A DNA stretch of 64,000 nt from a bacterium (GTDB lineage: Bacteria; Zhuqueibacterota; Zhuqueibacteria; Oceanimicrobiales; Oceanimicrobiaceae): the NCBI GenBank assembly GCA_037446635.1, contig JBBIIG010000016.1, positions 14,065 to 78,064 on the forward strand, written 5' to 3'. Shown in pieces: positions 57,298-64,000 of the stretch. The translations under genes were made by a program, and so were the position numbers. Positions within the stretch are counted from its first letter, which is position 1, and the number at the start of each line of letters is the position of its first letter. The notes beneath the pieces were generated by a model that was not told where the DNA came from, searched no databases, and saw only the letters and a program-made list of their open reading frames with translations.

Positions 57298-60210
57298 ATG
57301 GAAGACATCATTCACGAATTGCGCCAACGCCTCGCTGGCGAAGTCCGCTTCGATTCCTACTCGCGCGTTCTTTACAGCACCGATGCCAGCATATACGAAA
57401 TTGAGCCGAAGGGTGTGGTGGTTCCGCGCCGCGCCGAGGACATTCAAGCGACAGTGGAGATCGCCAGCCAGCACTCGATTCCCGTTGTTCCGCGCGGCGC
57501 CGGCACCAGCATAGTCGGCAATGCCATCGGGCCGGGCATCGTCATCGACTGCTCGAAGTATTTGAATCAAATCCTCGAAGTTAACACGGAGGAGCGCTGG
57601 GCGCGGATTCAGCCGGGCGTGGTGCTGGATCAGCTCAATTTTCATCTCAAACCGATGAATCTGCTGTTCGGCCCGGACGTCGCCACCAGCAGCCGCGCCA
57701 CCCTCGGTGGAATGATGGGCAACAATTCTTCGGGGGCGCATTCTCTGGTTTATGGCAAGACCAGCGATCATGTGATCGAGCTGAAGGTGTTGCTTTCAAA
57801 TGGAGAATTTGCCACACTCACCCCGCTGACTCAGGTCGAATGGAAAAACAAAATCGGACAAAATGGTTTTGTTAATTCGCTGTACGCCAAAGTCGATCAA
57901 CTGGTGCACGATCATGGCGAGGAGATCGATCGCCGTTTCCCCAAAATTCTGCGCCGCGTCGCGGGATATAATCTCGATGAATTCGTGCGGCAGTCGCATA
58001 ATAATCTCGCCAAGTTGATTGCCGGCTCCGAAGGCACGCTGGCGGTGATGGTGGAGGCGAAGGTGAATCTCGTGCCGCTGCCGAAACATCGCGTGCTGGC
58101 GGTGGTGCATTTCACGGATTTGTTCGCGGCGCTGCAAGCGGTGAACGGCATTCTCGAATTCCAGCCCTACGCGGTTGAACTTCTCGATAACAACATTCTT
58201 GATCTCACTCGCACCACACAGGAATACGCTCGCCGCCTCACATTTGTAAATGGATTTCCGGCCGCGCTGCTGCTCGTAGAATTTCACGGCGATTCAAAGC
58301 CGGAGCTGCTACATAAATTAGATAAACTATCGCACTATCTCACGCACAACAAAATCGGATACGATTGTCCTAAATTGATTGAAGCAGAGGAGCAGGCCAA
58401 TGTGTGGTACATCCGCAAGGCCGGGCTCGGATTGTTGATGGGCACAAAGGCCGCCCGCAAGCCGATTGGTTTTGTGGAAGACTCGGCGGTGGCGCCGGAG
58501 AAACTGCCAGAGTACATTCGGCGCTTCGATGAAATCGTCCACTCGTACGGCACCAGCGCCGCGTACTACGCCCACGCCAGCGTCGGTTGTCTGCACATTC
58601 GTCCCAAGCTGAATTTGAAAGACCCGCAGGACGTGGAAATCATGGCGAAGATCGCCGATGACATCAGCAACCTCGCGCTCGAATTTGGCGGCACCATCAG
58701 CGGCGAACACGGCGATGGTCTTTCCCACAGTTGCTGGAACGAGAAAATGTTCGGGACAAAATTGTACGCGGCGTTTCGCGAGTTGAAGCGGGCGTTCGAC
58801 CCGAAAAACATTCTCAATCCTGGCAAAATCGTGGACGCCCAGTTTCTGACGGAAAATTTGCGCCAGCCGCCGAAGTTGGAAATTCAACCCATCAAGCCGT
58901 TTTTTGATTACTCCCGCGATGGCGGATTTCACAACGCAATTGAATTGTGCAATGGCAACGGCGTGTGCCGAAAAAAAACCGAAGGCACGATGTGTCCCTC
59001 GTACATGGTGACGCTGGAGGAGGAGCACTCTACTCGCGGTCGCGCCAACGCCTTGCGCGCGGTGCTCACTGGCAAGCTCGACAAAAGCGAGTTCACCGGC
59101 CAGCGCATGTATGAGGTGCTGGAGTTGTGCATCGCGTGCAAGGGCTGCAAAGGCGAATGCCCCACCAACGTCGATATGGCGAAGTTGAAGTATGAGTTTC
59201 TCTATCATTATCACAAGGCCCACGGCGTGCCGCTGCGGGATCGATTGTTCGGCCATGTCGAGATGATCAACCGCCTCGGCTGCGCGACGGCACCGCTCTC
59301 GAATTGGGCGCTGGCCACGTTGCCAGCACGCTGGCTTTTGGAAATATTTGGCGGCATTTCCCGTTTTCGCAAACTGCCGCCATTTGCGAAACAGACGTTT
59401 GCGCGATGGTTTAAAAATCATCGCGTGAATTGTCATTCTGAGTCTCGACGCTTTTCCAGTCGAGACGAAGAATCTGATTACCAACCATCAAGCGGTGCTA
59501 AAAATAAAATCGCGCTCTTCCACGATACTTTCATGAACTACAATTACCCGGCGATTGGCGTCGCGGCGGTGAAGGTATTAGAGGCCGCCGGTTATGAAGT
59601 GATTTTGCCGGACAAAAAATGCTGCGGCCGGCCGTTTCTCTCGAAGGGGATGTTGGAGGAAGCCCGCGATTGCGCGAAATATAATATCGAAAAACTATAC
59701 CCTCTGGTCGAGCGGGGCATTCCGATTGTCGGCTGCGAGCCGAGCTGCATGATGACCTTTCGTGATGAGTATCCGGATTTGCTGAATGATTCACGGGTAC
59801 GGGCGGTTGCGGAAAACACCTTTTTGGTAGAAGAATTTTTTGCTAAAGAAACAACACTCGCACTTGCTTTAACGCCAGCCAAAAAGAAATTTCTGCTGCA
59901 CGGGCACTGCCATTTGAAAGCATTAGTGGGAACCGCGCCGACGGTCAATTTTCTCAAACGCATTCCCGGCGCTGAGGTTCAAGTAGTGGACGCCGGTTGC
60001 TGCGGCTTGGCCGGCTCGTTCGGATTCGAAAAAGAACATTATCAAATCTCGATGGCGATGGGGCGCCGCCGGTTATTTGACGCGGTGGAATCAATAAACG
60101 ACGATTGGGAAATTGTAGCGCCGGGGGTGTCGTGCCGGCAGCAGATTGAGCACGGGACGGGAAAACGGGTGAAACATCCGGTGGAGGTGGTAGCTGATAG
60201 TTTGATTTGA
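57298..60210 (+). CDS. FAD-linked oxidase with 4Fe-4S and CCG domains (YdiJ/GlcD-GlpC fusion type)
   Basis: PRGAGTS, GSEGTL, HASVGCLH, SGEHGDG, CNGNGVC, CIACKGCKGECP, CCG x2. Confidence 0.92.
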   Translation: MEDIIHELRQRLAGEVRFDSYSRVLYSTDASIYEIEPKGVVVPRRAEDIQATVEIASQHSIPVVPRGAGTSIVGNAIGPGIVIDCSKYLNQILEVNTEERWARIQPGVVLDQLNFHLKPMNLLFGPDVATSSRATLGGMMGNNSSGAHSLVYGKTSDHVIELKVLLSNGEFATLTPLTQVEWKNKIGQNGFVNSLYAKVDQLVHDHGEEIDRRFPKILRRVAGYNLDEFVRQSHNNLAKLIAGSEGTLAVMVEAKVNLVPLPKHRVLAVVHFTDLFAALQAVNGILEFQPYAVELLDNNILDLTRTTQEYARRLTFVNGFPAALLLVEFHGDSKPELLHKLDKLSHYLTHNKIGYDCPKLIEAEEQANVWYIRKAGLGLLMGTKAARKPIGFVEDSAVAPEKLPEYIRRFDEIVHSYGTSAAYYAHASVGCLHIRPKLNLKDPQDVEIMAKIADDISNLALEFGGTISGEHGDGLSHSCWNEKMFGTKLYAAFRELKRAFDPKNILNPGKIVDAQFLTENLRQPPKLEIQPIKPFFDYSRDGGFHNAIELCNGNGVCRKKTEGTMCPSYMVTLEEEHSTRGRANALRAVLTGKLDKSEFTGQRMYEVLELCIACKGCKGECPTNVDMAKLKYEFLYHYHKAHGVPLRDRLFGHVEMINRLGCATAPLSNWALATLPARWLLEIFGGISRFRKLPPFAKQTFARWFKNHRVNCHSESRRFSSRDEESDYQPSSGAKNKIALFHDTFMNYNYPAIGVAAVKVLEAAGYEVILPDKKCCGRPFLSKGMLEEARDCAKYNIEKLYPLVERGIPIVGCEPSCMMTFRDEYPDLLNDSRVRAVAENTFLVEEFFAKETTLALALTPAKKKFLLHGHCHLKALVGTAPTVNFLKRIPGAEVQVVDAGCCGLAGSFGFEKEHYQISMAMGRRRLFDAVESINDDWEIVAPGVSCRQQIEHGTGKRVKHPVEVVADSLI

Positions 60211-60290
60211 TACCCACACCAAATCACAAAGAAAGTTTTTTGCGATTCGTCTGGTTCGTAGTTACAATCTGAGAAACTCCAGGAGGAAAA

Positions 60291-62162
60291 TTGAAAAACC
60301 GGGCTTTGCTTTTCGTTGCCTTTGCGCTAACCATTTTGCCACTAACTCTCTATTCACAAGAATGCCTTATGCCGCCGGCCGGCCCACCAGGTCCCATAAA
60401 TGAAACCACCCTGCGACTATTGCAATCGCAGTCGCTTCGCGGCGAGATCAGCGAGCCCAGTAACCTCGTGTTGCACGGGCAGGCGCAGGGCACGTGGCAG
60501 GCGCTGGTCATTCTCATCGATTTTCCGGATTATCGCTGGAACCACCAAGCCGATGCCAATTTTTCCAATCAGGACACGCTTTATACGCGAGATCATTTCA
60601 ACGACATGCTGTTCAGTTTGCGAACATACAAAGACCCCTACAGCCAGAGCGCGTACACCGGCAGCATGCGTGATTTTTATCTCGAAAATTCTTACGGCGC
60701 GTTTGAGGTGATCGGCACGACCACCGTGTGGTACACCGCGGAACATTCGTGGCGGTACTATTCCAACCACGATAGCATCAACGGTACGAGTGACGACAAT
60801 GGCTTTGGCTTATATCCTCACAATGCAGTTCGTCTGGTTGAGGAGGCGGTGGAGTTAGCAAATGCCGACGTTGACTTTTCAAATTTCGATAACAACGGCG
60901 ACAGCGTCGTTGATGCGCTGTTCGTGGTGCACGCCGGGCCCGGCGCCGAAGAAATTTACACCCGGAATTTTGCGCAGCATTTCAATTATCTTTGGTCCCA
61001 CAAATCCTCCATTCAAACGAAGTTGGTGGATGGCGTGCAAGTTCGCGGCTACACCCTTGAGCCGCAGAACGGCACCATTGGCGTGTTTTGCCATGAGTTC
61101 GGTCACGAGCTGGGGCTGCCAGATTTGTACGATACCGACAACTCTTCCGAAGGCATTGGCGAGTGGTGCTTGATGGGCGGCGGCGGCTGGTGCTTCCGCA
61201 CTGGCGATCAGCTCGGCACCTCGCCCGCGCATTTTTCGGCCTGGAGCAAAGCGCAGCTTGGCTGGCTGCAGCCCATAAACGTAACCGAAAATTTGATCGC
61301 GCTGGACATTCCGCCGGCGGAAACCCATGCGGTGGCGTATCGGGTTTGGCGAAATGGCGAGATGGGCCCGGAGTATTTTTTGATTGAAAACCGGCAGCCG
61401 TTGCTTTTCGACGCCGGCTTGACGCGCCGGCAAAAAGATTTTGGGTTGGCCGATCCCGCCGGCTTGATCATTTATCACGTCGACAACTTGGGGCGGCAAA
61501 ATGTTGATAGCAGAAGAAGAATTGATGTTGAGGAGGCAAGCCCATTTTTTACCGCAAACGGTTACTTTGAGCAGCTCGATTTGCCGCGCCTGCCGCCAGC
61601 TCACGAGTTTTTGTACAACGGCAACCGCGGCGACAACGGCGATCCTTTCCCCGGATTTAGTTTGGCCAACGACGAAGCGACCGACTTTGTCGGCGCGCGC
61701 GATCGCACCGAATTCAGCGCCGCCTCGATCCCCAATTCTCACGATAACTCCGGCAACCCCACAGACGTTCGAATTTCAAACATTCGGCAGGTTGGCGAGA
61801 ATATGCTGGTGGATATTACCGTCCAAACGGTGACGGCCGTTGAAGACGGCTCGGCCGCGTCTTCGGTTCCCGAGCGTTTTAGCCTATCGGCAAATTTTCC
61901 CAATCCATTCAACCCCACGACGGTCATCTCTTACACTGTGCCGGCGTCATCGAAAAATGGGGTGCGGGTGCAGCTCGTGATTTATAATCTTAAAGGAGAG
62001 CGGGTGCGGGTACTCATCGATCAAACCCATTTTCCCGGCGAGTACTCGATCAATTGGGATGGCCGCGCGGATAATGGCGCGGCCGTGGCTGCCGGCGTTT
62101 ACCTGTATCGCATGCAAGCCGGAGATTTTTGGCAGTCAAAAAAGATGGCGTTGGTGCACTGA
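60291..62162 (+). CDS. M6 (immune inhibitor A) family metalloprotease with FlgD-Ig C-terminus
   Basis: CHEFGHELGLPDLYD, WCLMGGG, EYFLIENRQ, NFPNPFNP. Confidence 0.92.
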   Translation: MKNRALLFVAFALTILPLTLYSQECLMPPAGPPGPINETTLRLLQSQSLRGEISEPSNLVLHGQAQGTWQALVILIDFPDYRWNHQADANFSNQDTLYTRDHFNDMLFSLRTYKDPYSQSAYTGSMRDFYLENSYGAFEVIGTTTVWYTAEHSWRYYSNHDSINGTSDDNGFGLYPHNAVRLVEEAVELANADVDFSNFDNNGDSVVDALFVVHAGPGAEEIYTRNFAQHFNYLWSHKSSIQTKLVDGVQVRGYTLEPQNGTIGVFCHEFGHELGLPDLYDTDNSSEGIGEWCLMGGGGWCFRTGDQLGTSPAHFSAWSKAQLGWLQPINVTENLIALDIPPAETHAVAYRVWRNGEMGPEYFLIENRQPLLFDAGLTRRQKDFGLADPAGLIIYHVDNLGRQNVDSRRRIDVEEASPFFTANGYFEQLDLPRLPPAHEFLYNGNRGDNGDPFPGFSLANDEATDFVGARDRTEFSAASIPNSHDNSGNPTDVRISNIRQVGENMLVDITVQTVTAVEDGSAASSVPERFSLSANFPNPFNPTTVISYTVPASSKNGVRVQLVIYNLKGERVRVLIDQTHFPGEYSINWDGRADNGAAVAAGVYLYRMQAGDFWQSKKMALVH

Positions 62163-62189
62163 ATTCTTTTCAAAAAACAATATGTAGCC

Positions 62190-62218
62190 TTGATTTTAAG
62201 GCGCGAAAGCTATACATT
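62190..62218 (+). promoter_or_regulatory. Sigma70-type promoter for nth
   Basis: TTGATT-N17-TACATT. Confidence 0.55.
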
Positions 62219-62250
62219 GCCATCGACTTTTTGCATGCGGAGGGTAGAGA

Positions 62251-62898
62251 TTGTCCGAAACATTGCGCCAACGCGCGCTGCAGATTGTTGACCGCCTCGA
62301 TCAGGCCTACCCTGAAGCCCATCAGGAGCTGAATTTTTCCTCGGCGTTTGAGTTGTTGATCGCCACCATTTTGGCCGCCCAATGCACCGACGCTAAAGTC
62401 AACCAGGTTACGAAAACGCTATTCAAAAAATATCCCACCCCGCAATCCTTTTTAAAGGCTGATTTTTCGCAGCTGGTCAAAGACCTGGAAGGCATCACCT
62501 TTGCCGGCAGCAAGGCAAAGTACATCCAAAAAAGTTGTGAGAGGATTATTAACGAATTTGGCGGTGAGGTGCCGAACACGGTCGAGAAATTGACGAAGCT
62601 TGCTGGCGTCGGGCGCAAAACCGCCAACATCGTGCTGGCCAACGCCATGGGCATTCCCGCGATTGGTGTGGATACGCACACCATCCGCGTGCCCAACCGG
62701 CTGGGGCTGGTTGCTACAAACGATCCGAACAAAATCGAGGCCCGGCTGTGCGAGTTGCTGCCCAAAGAGAAATGGCATCGCGCCAACATTGTCATTCAAT
62801 GGCATGGCCGTTACACCTGCCAGGCCAAAAAGCCGAAGTGCGGCCAGTGCGTGGTATTCGACTTGTGTGAATGGGGCGAAAAAGAGTTATTCAATTGA
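62251..62898 (+). CDS. nth: Endonuclease III
   Basis: LLIATILAAQCTD, LAGVGRKTAN, VDTH, CX6CX2CX5C. Confidence 0.95.
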   Translation: MSETLRQRALQIVDRLDQAYPEAHQELNFSSAFELLIATILAAQCTDAKVNQVTKTLFKKYPTPQSFLKADFSQLVKDLEGITFAGSKAKYIQKSCERIINEFGGEVPNTVEKLTKLAGVGRKTANIVLANAMGIPAIGVDTHTIRVPNRLGLVATNDPNKIEARLCELLPKEKWHRANIVIQWHGRYTCQAKKPKCGQCVVFDLCEWGEKELFN

Positions 62899-62957
62899 TT
62901 GGAATTGACGGTAATATTGAGGAGTAAATTTTTAACAAATTTTTGGAGAACGCAGCC

Positions 62958-63332
62958 ATGGAAAACTCCACCGATTTTTACCACAATGAACATGAGCCGC
63001 CGCAACCAAAAGTAACCCCGATTGCGGATATTATTTCTCTGGAAACAGTGGTTAATATGCTGGTTCAAAAGGGCGTTTGTACAGCAGAAGAGTTGTATGA
63101 AGAGGAACGCCGCCACCGTGAAATTAGCAGGCAATTAGGAAAAATTAGAATCGTTCAAACCCCCATCGATCCGGAACAGCTGCAGCGCGAGGAGCTGCGC
63201 AAAAAGCAGAATTGGCTGAAACGAAAAATGAGCAAGCATCGTTGGTCGCGACAACTGGGTACAAAAGTTTTTGGCTGGCAGTGGAAAAAAGTACGAGTCG
63301 CACCCCATGTGGACAAAACTAATCTTCATTAG
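62958..63332 (+). CDS. Hypothetical protein
   Basis: GGAG RBS; LETVVNMLVQKGVCTAEEL motif; basic Trp-rich tail. Confidence 0.65.
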   Translation: MENSTDFYHNEHEPPQPKVTPIADIISLETVVNMLVQKGVCTAEELYEEERRHREISRQLGKIRIVQTPIDPEQLQREELRKKQNWLKRKMSKHRWSRQLGTKVFGWQWKKVRVAPHVDKTNLH

Positions 63333-64000
63333 AAGGCGTCAGCATTTAGCATCCATTGTAGTTACATTTTTTCTGATTTGCCCGAAGATGATTTTCACTC
63401 AGGGCAAATTCCCCGCGCCCAAAGGTCATGTCAACGACTTCGCGAACATCATTCCTCCCGCCATCGAACAGCAAATCGAAAGCATCTGTTTAGAAGTTCG
63501 CCAAAAAACCGGCGCCCAGATCGCGGTGGTCACCGTCGATAGCGTCGGCGACGAATACTATTCCGAGTACGCCAACAAACTTTTTACGGTGTGGGGCATT
63601 GGCGAAAAGGGCAAAGACAACGGCGTGCTGCTTTTCAATACCATTCAAGAACGCAAGCTGTGGATTGAAGTCGGCTACGGCTTGGAGGGCATTTTGCCCG
63701 ATGGTTTGGTGGGCGCGATTTTAGATGATTATGTGATTCCCTACTACCGGCGCGGCGAGTTTGGCGAGGGGTTGCTGGCCGGGACGAAGGCGCTGGCGGG
63801 GGTGATCGCCAAAGATGCCGGAGTGGAAATCACCGGCTCCATTGAGCCGATCAGACCTCGTGGCCGGCGCCGGGAAAACAATGTGAATTTTCTTCCGTTT
63901 CTATTTTTCCTCCTCTTTTTTATTTTTCCGATGATTGGCCGGATTCTGGGTTTCGGCTCCCGCCGCAGGCGGCGAGACAGCAACTGGCCCTTTTTCTTTG
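63307..64000 (+). CDS. TPM domain (YgcG-like) protein, runs off the window end
   Basis: Not in ORF track. Manual translation: GHVNDFANII, TGAQIAVVTV, WGIGEKGKDNGVLL, IEVGYGLEGILPD. Confidence 0.9.
   Translation, partial: MWTKLIFIRRRQHLASIVVTFFLICPKMIFTQGKFPAPKGHVNDFANIIPPAIEQQIESICLEVRQKTGAQIAVVTVDSVGDEYYSEYANKLFTVWGIGEKGKDNGVLLFNTIQERKLWIEVGYGLEGILPDGLVGAILDDYVIPYYRRGEFGEGLLAGTKALAGVIAKDAGVEITGSIEPIRPRGRRRENNVNFLPFLFFLLFFIFPMIGRILGFGSRRRRRDSNWPFFF

Noticed and set aside
58327..59484. 385-aa minus-strand ORF
   Set aside because: Antisense shadow of the FAD/Fe-S oxidoreductase.
1..64000. tRNA, rRNA, riboswitch or SRP RNA genes
   Set aside because: None recognised by eye in intergenic regions; an Infernal/Rfam and tRNAscan-SE run would be needed to exclude them.

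Overview
Bacterial chromosomal window. Several secreted proteins end in a 'QNxPNPFNP...G.Y.Y' FlgD-Ig/T9SS-like domain, which suggests an FCB-group organism such as KSB1 or Calditrichota (inference). Most of it is housekeeping or metabolic: glpD (partial), two CBS genes plus korAB, pncA-like/pncB, tricorn protease, ftsH, queD, an antiporter with nuoJKLMN, pepA, ffh-rpsP-khpA-rimM-trmD-rplS, ATP-dependent ligase, rlmH, ispH, nth. Small TA modules and many short palindromic repeats are interspersed. The standout is a 1,912-bp unit (33784-35695) bounded by 20-bp terminal inverted repeats. It encodes only two paralogous, translationally coupled DUF1670-like proteins and no recognisable transposase. 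It has its own promoter inside the right IR, an IS10-like hairpin that could hide the start codon in read-through transcripts, and its own terminator. It is a candidate unclassified mobile element. Also notable: a family of 33-bp 'palindrome-3nt-palindrome' repeats conserved in geometry but not sequence, palindromes inserted in frame in three enzymes, and several gene lesions (hicB/hicA deletion fusion, hydratase/secreted-protein chimera, nuoL 3' frameshift, two in-frame TAGs, one +1 frameshift). No rRNA, tRNA or CRISPR array was seen. All family names come from motif recognition, not database searches.
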